From NCBI GenBank assembly GCA_977017575.1, contig CDRNVI010000015.1:186001-250000 (forward strand): a DNA stretch of 64,000 nucleotides, read 5' to 3'. The position numbers and the translations under genes are program-made. Positions 1 through 10,526 of this stretch are shown piece by piece (position 1 is the first letter of the stretch; each line of letters begins with the position of its first letter). The notes beneath the pieces are model-generated. The model did no database searches. It was given only the letters and a program-made list of their open reading frames with translations, and was not told the origin of the DNA. The stretch is from Paramoeba atlantica. Its lineage: Eukaryota > Protista > Discosea.

Positions 1-2
1 AT

Positions 3-338
3 GCTCCAAATATTATTTGTTCATGTCCTTATTTGTGCGAGAGAGCTTCTGAAAACGAAAAAACAAAACGTTTTTGCAGTCCTAATGAGAACTACCTTCG
101 AAAATTGATCCACGAATTTGTAGATTTGGGAACAATGCCGATTTGCAATTCCTTATTCAATACAGCATCCATGACAAAAATCGAGCGCTCGCATATCGCG
201 AAAAACGCAAAGAAAATCATGAAAAAAGAAACTTGTGCACGTAAAGGTCTTGAAAAAGGTGCGGACGTAATCGAACGTTTATTCACGGACATAATAAAGA
301 ATTCCATACCCGACCAAATCAAAATAATAGATCAATAA
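3..338 (+). CDS. 3' end of a hypothetical protein entering from upstream of the window
   Basis: Frame is open from position 3 to TAA at 336-338, on the cluster strand. No motif recognised. Confidence 0.4.
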   Translation, partial: APNIICSCPYLCERASENEKTKRFCSPNENYLRKLIHEFVDLGTMPICNSLFNTASMTKIERSHIAKNAKKIMKKETCARKGLEKGADVIERLFTDIIKNSIPDQIKIIDQ

Positions 339-768
339 AGTAGAAAAGATGATCATGCGAGTCGATCATATCTCAGAAACGCAGCGCACTTACTATAGTC
401 CCTTTGGAACTTTTGACTTTCACTCGTCATTTTGCTAGCTTCATTTTTCAGTTTGCGTTCCCTACTAGATAGGAAGCACCGAAGATTCACCAAGTAAAAT
501 TCCCTTACTAGTACTCAATAAGGCGCCACAGAATTAGCCTGAATTTGCCCAAATTACTTGGTTTCAGCCCTCTAATTGTCCTGTGTTTCACTTCTGTGTT
601 GCATCTGCTTTATAATACGCTTCCATTAAGACATTTAGAGAAATGATTAATAGTTCTTCATGAACGCACTTTCGTTTGAAATACCTCCATACAAAAATAT
701 TTGGTGCACTGTATTTCAAAAATATAAACCGTCTCTCTGTAACACTTTTATCCACCTCTTGATATCCA

Positions 769-3141
769 GTGGTTGGTCCCAGTGCTTCAGACGAATACGT
801 ACGTGCGTACGTAAGATTTAAGGGGGATTCAAGGGCTGCAGGCACGTCGGTCAATACCTTAGATTTGGGAATTAATGCTGATAATACAGGGGACCTTACG
901 GAACCTGGTAAATTTATCCGATTACATACTAAAGAGAATAATGTTACTACGTTTACCTTTACAGATATTTTTGATCCTGCTCAGTCACAAGCTGAAGTGT
1001 ACTCTTCTGTAGCGGAGCGCATAATCAAAGGCGTTTTTTCCGGCTATGATGGCTCGATAATCACGTATGGTCAGACTGGCAGTGGTAAAACTCACACAAT
1101 GTTTGGATCATTAGAGTTTAATGAATTTGATGGTTCTACTTTTTCCGGTTCACCGAAACTGAATAACGAGGCAGGTGTGGTACCCCGCGTTACAGCCGAT
1201 CTATTTCGTCATTTGAAGACTGAATGTCTTGATGCAGAGGTAACAATAATGATGCTAGAAATATACAACGAAAAGTTACGCAACTTACTTCCTTTTTCTG
1301 ACCAAGAATCACAGAAAGCTACGTGCAAAGGTGGTTGGAGTGAAGTGTCAGTTCTCGGAGAGGTGGAGCTATTTTCTTGTACAACTGAAGAAGATAGATC
1401 TTCTGTCCGGATTAAAGGGGCGCAAAGGCACTTAGTAAGGACTAGTACGGCCGCCCTTTCGCATATAAAAGGGGCAATGAAGCGCCGCACAGTCGCTGCA
1501 ACTTGTCTGAATGCACATAGTACACGCGGACATTGCGTTCTTCAATATGAAGTCACATGGAAGAAGCCCACAAACCAAGAACTTTCAAGTGCTCGATTGT
1601 ATTTAGTTGATCTTGCGGGCTCGGAGAATATCTCCAAGGCGAAATCTGACCTCCATGAAACGAAAAACATTAACCGATCATTGTATTGTCTTACCAAAGT
1701 CATCGCTGCGCTTAGTCCAAATACAGATAAGAGAAAGTCATGTCAATATGTGCCTTTCAGGGAATCCAAGTTGACACGTCTATTACGAGGCAGCATTGGG
1801 GGGAACGCCAAAACAGCGCTTATCTTATGTGTCGACGCATCTTCGATACACAGCGAGAGCGCCTTATCAACCCTTCGGTTTGGTGCTCAAGCTCAGCTAA
1901 TCGCTGCACAACGAACGCAGCACAACGCTAAATATTGGAGGAGTACCAAGCCTGACGTTATTCATAATCGTTCTCGAAGCTTCAATACCGTATTCCCCAC
2001 TCTTCTAAGTATAGTACCAGCACAAAGCTTATCGCGTTTTTCCATGGATATCCTGGAAATTGGACAGACCGAAGCTACATCACGTCCTTGCTTCATCGCT
2101 CCGGTTACTCCTGATTCACAGCGCTCTCATTTATTTTCCACTATTGTTCATTCTGTTCTTTATAATCAGCCTAAATTGAACACGATGAATAAATCCAAAA
2201 TTATAAAAAATCAAACGTGGGCTTCGCTGATTTTGAAGGACAGCGAGTTAAGGTATGGGATTCTTCACCAAATTTTGCGAATGTGTGACAAATCTACTTC
2301 TGGCGCAAGACTTTCACCCACTTTACACAAAATATTACCAGAGGCATGCCGGCTGAAATTTTGGCAAGATCAATTACTTGCCCTTCATGAACGCTTACTC
2401 AATGAACGTTCAACTAGAATACGTCACAGCATGGATGCAGAATTCAATTTACAAAAGTATTCCCTTGAAAACAACGACGTCAACGAAGATAGGAAACATG
2501 TTCATTTTTCCCAATTCATAGTTCATAGAACGCGAAAGACGAGTTTCCACGCGCTATCGGCCCTATTAAGTACAATTTCGAAATGGTTCCCGAATCACCG
2601 CTTAAAAAGCGTGCCACGCAAGGCAACTCTTAGGAGTACTCTTTTCAATGTGTTGCAGTGTTTTCATGGTCTTGAACATCGCTTTTCCACTATACAACGG
2701 GGGAGACAAATAGTAGCGGCTACAAAAGAGGAAAACTATCCGTTATCTGAATTATGCTTACCAAAAATCCATATTCATAACCTACAGGAACGTTCCTCAA
2801 TATCGCTTAAGGCACATGGGTCATTTAGTGCAGGAAAACAAATCACCTCTCGAGATTCCACGGACGTTGACACATTAAAAACTGATATGGCGAAATTGTT
2901 TACCTCATGGCGAAGTGAATTTGATGCCATTCGCGGCAGAAACAAGGTGAGCGACCTCAATGACCTTCGCAATGACAATAATTCGGAGGCGCCTATACCT
3001 TCTTTGTCTGACATAGTATCATTACGTCAAGTTTATACCACGTCTCGATTTCTCATCCAAGAGGAAACTATTATCCGTAATATTGTGAGTGATCAAGAGA
3101 TTCTGCTTTTGCATCTCAGATCGTTGTTGGAAGAAATGTAA
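769..3141 (+). CDS. Kinesin (N-terminal motor domain, divergent tail); start codon uncertain
   Basis: P-loop GQTGSGKTHT, switch I-like NAHSTRGH, switch II DLAGSE, VPFRESKLTRLL. The frame opens after TGA at 760 and the first in-frame ATG is at 1099. Confidence 0.9.
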   Translation: MVGPSASDEYVRAYVRFKGDSRAAGTSVNTLDLGINADNTGDLTEPGKFIRLHTKENNVTTFTFTDIFDPAQSQAEVYSSVAERIIKGVFSGYDGSIITYGQTGSGKTHTMFGSLEFNEFDGSTFSGSPKLNNEAGVVPRVTADLFRHLKTECLDAEVTIMMLEIYNEKLRNLLPFSDQESQKATCKGGWSEVSVLGEVELFSCTTEEDRSSVRIKGAQRHLVRTSTAALSHIKGAMKRRTVAATCLNAHSTRGHCVLQYEVTWKKPTNQELSSARLYLVDLAGSENISKAKSDLHETKNINRSLYCLTKVIAALSPNTDKRKSCQYVPFRESKLTRLLRGSIGGNAKTALILCVDASSIHSESALSTLRFGAQAQLIAAQRTQHNAKYWRSTKPDVIHNRSRSFNTVFPTLLSIVPAQSLSRFSMDILEIGQTEATSRPCFIAPVTPDSQRSHLFSTIVHSVLYNQPKLNTMNKSKIIKNQTWASLILKDSELRYGILHQILRMCDKSTSGARLSPTLHKILPEACRLKFWQDQLLALHERLLNERSTRIRHSMDAEFNLQKYSLENNDVNEDRKHVHFSQFIVHRTRKTSFHALSALLSTISKWFPNHRLKSVPRKATLRSTLFNVLQCFHGLEHRFSTIQRGRQIVAATKEENYPLSELCLPKIHIHNLQERSSISLKAHGSFSAGKQITSRDSTDVDTLKTDMAKLFTSWRSEFDAIRGRNKVSDLNDLRNDNNSEAPIPSLSDIVSLRQVYTTSRFLIQEETIIRNIVSDQEILLLHLRSLLEEM

Positions 3142-3836
3142 ACACGTTCTTTTGATCCGAAATAGAAAATAAGGATGTTTTACATAAGATTAATCTACGC
3201 ATTCGAGTCACTATACATATCATTAAACATGCCTAGTCGCCACATTCGGTGGGAATAGTTTGCACCTTGCTGGAATATGCCGCATGCTTGTGTATGCGCT
3301 TTCTTGGTCTTGCCTTCTTCCTTTAAACATTCTACCTTTCTTTGCATACCTAGTACTTAATTTTTTATCTTCTGAAATTTATACAATCTACATACGAGTT
3401 TACATACGAGTTTACATTGTAGAAACATTGCAGGTACGGATTTTGTCACTTCAATTATTATTTTTTAAATGAGCTCGTGAAATTTTTGGTTCCAGAAAGG
3501 ATAGTGTGATAAATTCTTAAAAGCTTTCATAGCTTCTACTTGGCTATATCTTATTTAGATTCTGTTTTCTCTTTTTGTAAGCTCTTTTTTTTCTGAATAC
3601 GTTTCTAGGCTACGGTAGGATTCTACTACGTGATGTAATACGTGCTACTGCTATTTATTTCCATTGCTATGCTACGTTACTACTCAGAAACAAAGGTTTT
3701 CTTACTTACTTCCTCATTGCAGAAGCACAATTTCACATTGGGCTTTTTGGGAGTCTCCGATCTCGAATTACCTTCAAGGATAGGTCTTCTACAAGTCTTA
3801 TTGAATTTCATTCTAATCATACGATAATATTTCGAC

Positions 3837-5231
3837 ATGGATTTTTCCGAGCATGCGATTCCCTTCTTTGCCGAATATGTTGAAAATACACTTGTGCTGC
3901 TCTCATACCAATGCTGCGATGTCAGAAGTCTGGGTTGTATTGAACGTCAGTTGACTTCTCTCTACAAAGTTTTTCTTGCACGCTATTCTGAAACACTTTC
4001 CATCCAGTATTCCGACATTTTTGAACGGTGGAACGCCACTACATTTTGTACAATTCTTGCCGAGCATTCCTCCAAAACTTTAGAAGCCTTTAATACCTTG
4101 CAATTCAGTGAGCACGAATCTTCTCCTGCATCACTAATTTCAGAGAAGGAGGCTCATGTGGTACGTAGAAGAGGCATGGATGTCTTTATCGGATTCAAAA
4201 ACGGTGATAGAATGCGCTTACAATCGATTCGTGATGCTTTGGAGCTACCTTCAATATGTCCTGCAATTGTTGTCCAGCACATTCTTAACTACTTGAAGAG
4301 CATTCCCATCAGGTATTGCAGTACAACTCTTATTCTGCAAAATGTGCACGGAATATGCGAAACAATGAAAGAAGTGAAAGGAAAACTAGTTTATAACGAG
4401 AATGCACCTCACAAGCATGATAAAGTACGAGAGAGGCGAATAGAAAAAATGTCTCACGAAAGCGTTTCTCGATCTCATAAAGATTCTTCAATCGAGTCTT
4501 CGGACAAAAAGGCCACTCTCTCAGTCCAAAACGATTCCATAGCTTCGAGAGTGCGGGCTCGTAGAGAAGAACCTGCACAACAAAGTCTTCCAATGCTACA
4601 CTTTACGACGTCACCAACTTTAGAAAAAGAGTCCATGAAGGAGGACGAATTAATGCCGATTGTGTTAAGTTCTCAAAAAAAAAGGCAACGACCTCAACTA
4701 GACACCAAAAAGGAATTCGTGGAAACACGACTAGTAAAGGGAGATTCTCATATGAAGCATAATAGTTCTGCGACTGAATGCAATTTCGATGATCCTTTCC
4801 CAACGGAGAACACTAAAAAATACATAGATCATCATGCTGCTGAATCTTCAGTGGTAGTTTCAAAGAGGCCACCGCCCCCTCCTTTGAAGGACCCACGCCA
4901 AGAGATTAAGGGATATGCACTTCCCCCAGAAATCAAGAAAGCTCGTGAAAAATGTGCAAGTGCCTTCCACGAAAAGTTTGGGGACAACAAAAAAGCCGGA
5001 AGGCTTTGTGTGTTTTGTTTAAATTGTCATATGTTGGAAAGTCTTTTTAATGGTGCAACAGCGGAATGCGAACTGCATTCCGAAGTTATTCCTTCAACGG
5101 AACGTGCATTAAGGTACCGCCTCACCTATCACCCTAGGCTTTGCTCTGTGGCTGTGCGGAGATATCGTTCTTACTTACGAAACGATCGCATTTCAAAAAT
5201 ACCAATTGATCACGTTCTTTGTCTACATTAA
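3837..5231 (+). CDS. Hypothetical protein with Cys/His-rich C-terminus
   Basis: 464-aa ATG ORF on the cluster strand. CVFCLNCH...CELH...HPRLC cluster near the end; no family recognised. Confidence 0.65.
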   Translation: MDFSEHAIPFFAEYVENTLVLLSYQCCDVRSLGCIERQLTSLYKVFLARYSETLSIQYSDIFERWNATTFCTILAEHSSKTLEAFNTLQFSEHESSPASLISEKEAHVVRRRGMDVFIGFKNGDRMRLQSIRDALELPSICPAIVVQHILNYLKSIPIRYCSTTLILQNVHGICETMKEVKGKLVYNENAPHKHDKVRERRIEKMSHESVSRSHKDSSIESSDKKATLSVQNDSIASRVRARREEPAQQSLPMLHFTTSPTLEKESMKEDELMPIVLSSQKKRQRPQLDTKKEFVETRLVKGDSHMKHNSSATECNFDDPFPTENTKKYIDHHAAESSVVVSKRPPPPPLKDPRQEIKGYALPPEIKKAREKCASAFHEKFGDNKKAGRLCVFCLNCHMLESLFNGATAECELHSEVIPSTERALRYRLTYHPRLCSVAVRRYRSYLRNDRISKIPIDHVLCLH

Positions 5232-5690
5232 GTTTTATGGATCTGTATTAAGGAGTAGAGTACCGCATTAGGAATAGTCCGATCAATATTATTATTACAA
5301 AATTCGAAATAGAATATTGGTACAGTAAATCTATTCGTATTTTAAACACGAAACATTTATGCGCTAGCGCTTTCTATTCTACGTTGAAAAAATAGGTCTT
5401 TAATTCTACGGTCTATAGGATTGATTTATCAGCGACATGCTCACAAGGAGGACTATTGATTCCATTTCTGTTTGGCAATTTAGCATTGAAACCTCTTCGT
5501 GAATATCTATTGACTCAGAAATTGTAATCAGAACTGCTCAAAGTAACAATGGACACCGCTCCAAAAATGATTTCAATTAAGCTTGCTAATTATTTCCCAA
5601 TGAAGCTTACTAGTAAATATTTCGCAATGGGAAATTCTAGTAAGAAACAGATCGACGCTACAAGCTAGTAAGGGGTCTTGTTACACTCTA

Positions 5691-8600
5691 ATGCTCGAAG
5701 GCTTTTCGCTCGCGCAAAAGGGTATTGCTGCTCGTTTGTGCTTTGGCTTAAACAAACAAGATTCCGATTTGTTGCGACGAATACTTCATAAAAGTCCTGC
5801 TATGATGTGCGTTACAAAGTCCTGTCCAGACGCAAAGAAATACAATGCGCTTCTGCAGCATTTATATGGGCTAGATTGGATAACATCATTAAAATTGTAC
5901 AGCGAACTCTTTAACACGAATGGATCTAAGGAACCATTAGTGCTGGAAGAGGGGGCAAAATCATATAAGGCTAATCCAGACAAAGCCACTTTCCGGGTGT
6001 TATTATCCACCCTAATTTGTTCTGATCACTGGCAAAAAATGTTATCATACTACTTTGACAGGTGTGTACCAACTCTGTCAGATCACGAACTTTCATATTT
6101 TGGTGGTAAAATCCACTCCAGGTTGATTGGTTGTCGTCAACGTGTGCTAGCGCACCGCGTATTGGAGTTCATGTGTCGCAGGAACTTTCCACTTCATCGT
6201 TTAATAGGAAGTTTTTTGAAGTCCCGCGCTACCGAAGGATGGATGCAGGCTCTTCGTAGTTTTTATTTTATTAGGAATTGGGATGAATCACAGCTCACTT
6301 CTGGATTTGCTTCGGCTTGCGTACGGAGTTGCAGTGAAAATGATCAATGGAGAGCGGCGCTTCGAATCAACACTATCTGTAAAGATCTTAATCTTGCTAT
6401 TGTCGATGAAGTCAACTTAAAAATGGCATGCTGTCTTATTAATCACGGTAAATGGGAACTGTCTGCAAAGTTTATGCACTTGATGAACATCTCAGAGTTG
6501 ATTGAATATCCTGGTTCTGAAACGTACTTGTCTTCTACTATTCCGCGAAAGGGTCGTTTGCACAGAGAAACATCGAACGATACATATAAACAGGCATGCA
6601 CTCTTAGTGCTTCATCATTTTGGCTCGAAGCTTTACTATTAGTGAAGCATGATTCTCCGGAACGCATAACATACGTTGCATCTCTCGGAAACGCGTGGGA
6701 ATTCTGTCTCTCGTACCTTCAATCTTTCATGAAAAATGCTCAAAACGTTTCGCACCCTACTCCGTCTAGGAAATCTTCTCCAGAACTGAAAAAATATATT
6801 AAGACTACCACTAGAGATTATAGTAACATTCCGTGGAAAATGATAAAGAGTTGTATTATCGCCGGTTCTCAAAGTCCTATCGCCTCCAAACCATGCACAG
6901 AGCTATTGAGGTCGTACATCGAGAGAGGAAATGTCTCGGACGATACCTGGAAGCAAGCGCTTGATCTTCATAATTTAGCTTTCGATAAATTATTCGCAGC
7001 ACTACCATGGCGACTTCATCATGCAGAGGTACTGTTTCCATCCTTGCATAAGGTACCTCCCGCCCAACGCTACAAAATTTTCTTCGCTTCGTCAATTCGC
7101 TCACTTCTTCGGTTTCAGATCATTTCAGTTAGTGAAAGTATGGAGCTATACAAGAAATATTACCCACCGATATTTCAAACCTCTTCGTCCTTTTATTTGG
7201 ATGATCTAATTTCCCATGATAGAGAAAAATACGATAGGGAGCACGCGGAGAATTGTCCGGGACTCGATAGTGAAAAAACGTTAATAGAACTTGCTGGTGA
7301 ATTTCCCGTCATAACATACTCAGTGGAATCTGAATCCAAAGCGCACTGGAGTTATGGAAATAGGTGGACAATGGCATTTGAATTGCTTCATCACATCACT
7401 TCCCGCCGGGAATCGCTTCAATGTAATACCTTGAGGAATAGCAATTTTCATCATGCAGTTTCTATGAGCTCGTTTTTAGCCAAGGTACCTTATCTTACTG
7501 TGCTTCGCGGTCCTCTAGAATTGTGCCGCGTTCAGCATCTACTACGTCCCAAAAATGTGGATATTATATTGCGCTCACTTCTACTCGGCGGATACTATCT
7601 AAATGCAATAAACCTTGTCAGGCATTTTCCCCGTTTTGGAACTTATTTGTCTACGAGCACGCTTCTATTTTTTTTATCTTGTCTTGTTCTCCCTGCAACA
7701 TCGATTCAAAACTACATCCCAAATGTAGAGCTCCGGGATCATACTTGTAGCAAGAATGCTTGTCGTGTTAAGGGTTTGCTAGAAATCGAAAAGAATGGAG
7801 ATTGTGAGCGATTAAAGTCATATCTTGATGTTGAAATTCAAGTGAGTAATACGCAACAGTGGAAGCAGCTGACAGATTTAAGAAGCATGTACAGAAAAGT
7901 AGACCTCATCCGATTTCAAAAAACTAGAAACTCGTGTGGGGCTTTAGCACCTCAAGATATACTCGGCTCAAACGAAAGAACTTCTGATTGGCAGACTCCC
8001 CCTTTCACGGCTCTATGTCAGATTCATTTACCCACCGCTTACGCTCTCCAGCATCGTCACGCTGTGCCCCATTCGGATGTTATGGTGTTGCATCGCGCTG
8101 AGGATACCGCAATTATTAGCAAACCCGCTGGTCTCGATAGCATTTCGCACGACGCAATTTCGTTGTACGGTGCGACGGAGCAGTGTCCCGACGTGTCCAG
8201 CGCGGTGATACATCTGTTTCCGCAATGCGCACAAATCCGAGCACATGGACTTTTGCACAGACTCGATGTCTCAACGTCGGGGTTGCTTGCCGTGGCGCTG
8301 TCCCCTCGTGCCGCATTAGTGGTTATGCAACAGAACTTAACGAGATCCAAGAAGAAGCGCTACATGTGTCTGACAGTTCTGCTAGACCCTCGTCAAAAAC
8401 CCACGTATGAGGGCGTAATACGCACACCGTACTCGTTGCTGCGAGAAAGTGGGCACATGATGAAGCTGGAAGGCGAGCTGGAGGCAGAGACCACTTATCG
8501 TATTCTGGAAGCATTGCAAGGAAACATATTCCTCGTGGAATGTCATTTGCACACCGGCCGCCAGCATCAAATACGCCTACACATGAAGGAAATTGGTTTT

Positions 8601-8786
8601 GTATTGCTTGGTGATAATCGGTACGGGGCTGGAATATCCTGCACACCACTTTTGTCCCGAGTAGCACTACACGCGTGTGAACTCACATATCAAACACCCG
8701 ATGGGGAATCGGTCACTATAGAAAGTACCGTTCCCCATGACATGCAAAAAGCACTTGATGTACTTCGTCGACAGAGCTTAACGTGA
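5691..8786 (+). CDS. RluA/RluD-family pseudouridine synthase with long N-terminal helical-repeat (PPR-like) extension
   Basis: C-terminal motifs IISKPAG, HRLDVSTSGLL (catalytic Asp), HTGRQHQIRLH, LLGDNRYG, ALHA. The first ~780 aa contain recurring W-x-x-A/x-L helices. Confidence 0.85.
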   Translation: MLEGFSLAQKGIAARLCFGLNKQDSDLLRRILHKSPAMMCVTKSCPDAKKYNALLQHLYGLDWITSLKLYSELFNTNGSKEPLVLEEGAKSYKANPDKATFRVLLSTLICSDHWQKMLSYYFDRCVPTLSDHELSYFGGKIHSRLIGCRQRVLAHRVLEFMCRRNFPLHRLIGSFLKSRATEGWMQALRSFYFIRNWDESQLTSGFASACVRSCSENDQWRAALRINTICKDLNLAIVDEVNLKMACCLINHGKWELSAKFMHLMNISELIEYPGSETYLSSTIPRKGRLHRETSNDTYKQACTLSASSFWLEALLLVKHDSPERITYVASLGNAWEFCLSYLQSFMKNAQNVSHPTPSRKSSPELKKYIKTTTRDYSNIPWKMIKSCIIAGSQSPIASKPCTELLRSYIERGNVSDDTWKQALDLHNLAFDKLFAALPWRLHHAEVLFPSLHKVPPAQRYKIFFASSIRSLLRFQIISVSESMELYKKYYPPIFQTSSSFYLDDLISHDREKYDREHAENCPGLDSEKTLIELAGEFPVITYSVESESKAHWSYGNRWTMAFELLHHITSRRESLQCNTLRNSNFHHAVSMSSFLAKVPYLTVLRGPLELCRVQHLLRPKNVDIILRSLLLGGYYLNAINLVRHFPRFGTYLSTSTLLFFLSCLVLPATSIQNYIPNVELRDHTCSKNACRVKGLLEIEKNGDCERLKSYLDVEIQVSNTQQWKQLTDLRSMYRKVDLIRFQKTRNSCGALAPQDILGSNERTSDWQTPPFTALCQIHLPTAYALQHRHAVPHSDVMVLHRAEDTAIISKPAGLDSISHDAISLYGATEQCPDVSSAVIHLFPQCAQIRAHGLLHRLDVSTSGLLAVALSPRAALVVMQQNLTRSKKKRYMCLTVLLDPRQKPTYEGVIRTPYSLLRESGHMMKLEGELEAETTYRILEALQGNIFLVECHLHTGRQHQIRLHMKEIGFVLLGDNRYGAGISCTPLLSRVALHACELTYQTPDGESVTIESTVPHDMQKALDVLRRQSLT

Positions 8787-9053
8787 CCGTTGTCCCGCGT
8801 GATTAAGGACTGTATTTCTATGTATTGAAGTTCTCGCATAAAACCTTGTTTCTTTTGCTTTTACAGTCGAAACAAGTAGGAGCTTAAAAAGTGAACTTTA
8901 CCACACTTCTCTACCGTACCTTAGTCGTATCTTATGACATTTTGGGCCTCTTTATCGTATTTTCAATTGTAGTCCTTAACATTTTACACAGTATACAGTT
9001 AATTTTAAACTCTATTTCCCACGCTACAAATAGCACTTCTCGATTCTGCGAAA

Positions 9054-9368
9054 ATGAACTTACCACCACCTCCCCAGATCCCAGGTTTACCTCCAACACC
9101 TCCATTGCAATTAGTTTCAACTAGTGAGAAGCTGAACGCTATTGGAGAGTATGCCTCTGTACAATGCTTCAAGAATTGCGTAGGATATTTTTCCGAGGAC
9201 AGCTTACCTTACCACTATGGTGAGAGAACTTGCGTAGAGCGATGTGCTGATAAATTGTATGATTGCTTTCATTTATCTCGAGAGGTACGAAAAAAGTTAG
9301 AAATAAAAGCAAAGGCGAGGAAATACTCTCCCTCGTGGCTTGCACTATATGATCCGAAAAAACAGTAG
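9054..9368 (+). CDS. Small Tim-family (Tim9/Tim10-like) twin CX3C intermembrane-space chaperone
   Basis: 104 aa with CFKNC ... CVERC twin CX3C motif. Confidence 0.75.
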   Translation: MNLPPPPQIPGLPPTPPLQLVSTSEKLNAIGEYASVQCFKNCVGYFSEDSLPYHYGERTCVERCADKLYDCFHLSREVRKKLEIKAKARKYSPSWLALYDPKKQ

Positions 9369-9653
9369 GGACCCTCTCAAGAATCAGCAAGAAATGTAAA
9401 GCGCGTTGCGAATGGCAGGACATTTCTAACGAGTACAAGCTTCGTATGTTCAATCAGATGCTATTCAAATCTGATATCATGCTCATAAATAATCTTTTAT
9501 ATACGATGCCGTATGACGTACTTTTAAGATACTTTAATACATGATACGGCACTAAAATGTATGGACGATGAAGAATAACGTACTCATCAAAAATGATTTA
9601 TTAAAACTTAGCCGCTGTAGAAAATCATTTACCGCTTTTTTTTACTTTTTGTG

Positions 9654-10232
9654 ATGAAAATGCTTTTTCAGACTCAGTCCTCGATTCTACGGCATTCCCG
9701 TGGTCAGTTTCGAAATCTTTATTACCATAATATTTGTACAGCACATCAAGGTCGCGTTTCCTTGAATTCAACGAAGCCGTCTAAGACGCCAGTAACCATG
9801 AAGGATAGAATTCCGCTTCCAGGAACACAGGTGCATGACGGGAAGCGTAAGCTCGCGATATTAGCAGATGCAGTAAAAGTAAGTAGTGAGAGTTATCCGT
9901 TTATAGATGAGATCGTCAAGACAAAGGGTACTGTATGCTTACGTCGGTATTTCGATTACGAAAGTCGTCCTCCTTGGAAGGCACTTGAGGATACGTTTGG
10001 CTTTGAGTGGTTTAGAGTGGATGGGTTTATACCTATTCATATGCAAATTATATCTGATGCGGCCCACCTCATTGAATATCACAAGGAAAATTTGATTACT
10101 GCCGTCGTAATGGTTGTGACACAGCGAGAGGCCGAGGCTTATTCGAGGTATTTCGAACGGCTTAAAGGAAACGGTGTCAGTGTGTATGTCTGTCACGAAC
10201 GCGCCTTGTTTCCTACAGTTCTAGAGGAATAG
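9654..10232 (+). CDS. Probable mitochondrial protein with a degenerate NYN (LabA/DUF88-like) domain
   Basis: Presequence-like N-terminus. LAILADA...GTVCLRRYFD...MQIISDA...VVMVV...LKGNGVSVYV follows the NYN layout by eye. ATG at 9654. Confidence 0.5.
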   Translation: MKMLFQTQSSILRHSRGQFRNLYYHNICTAHQGRVSLNSTKPSKTPVTMKDRIPLPGTQVHDGKRKLAILADAVKVSSESYPFIDEIVKTKGTVCLRRYFDYESRPPWKALEDTFGFEWFRVDGFIPIHMQIISDAAHLIEYHKENLITAVVMVVTQREAEAYSRYFERLKGNGVSVYVCHERALFPTVLEE

Positions 10233-10526
10233 ATAAATGCCTGGTACCAACGTAATAAAAGACCCGGTTGCTTTGAGCTACTCGAACGATTGTTTTGTAC
10301 GCATTATTTGGGAGTGTGGTATTACATGTAAACTTACTAGTACTAAATTAATTCGTTTCTCTACTTAATATAATGGCTTACTACGAAATATTCAATTTTG
10401 CACACCTCAGTTTTACACCTCTGATGTTTCGCTTTTTCCGAATTTAAAATCACTGGGCTCTGATTCTTAGCCGTTTTAATCTAGCAAACTGCTTGCAAGT
10501 CAATTAAAAATCAATTTGGAACTCTG

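Noticed and set aside
643-768. UGA read as Trp, which would extend the kinesin frame to ATG 643 through two in-frame TGAs
   Set aside because: Many genes here clearly end in TGA (e.g. the giant PDI ends ...MEEL-TGA), and I saw no in-frame TGA at Trp positions of the conserved genes.
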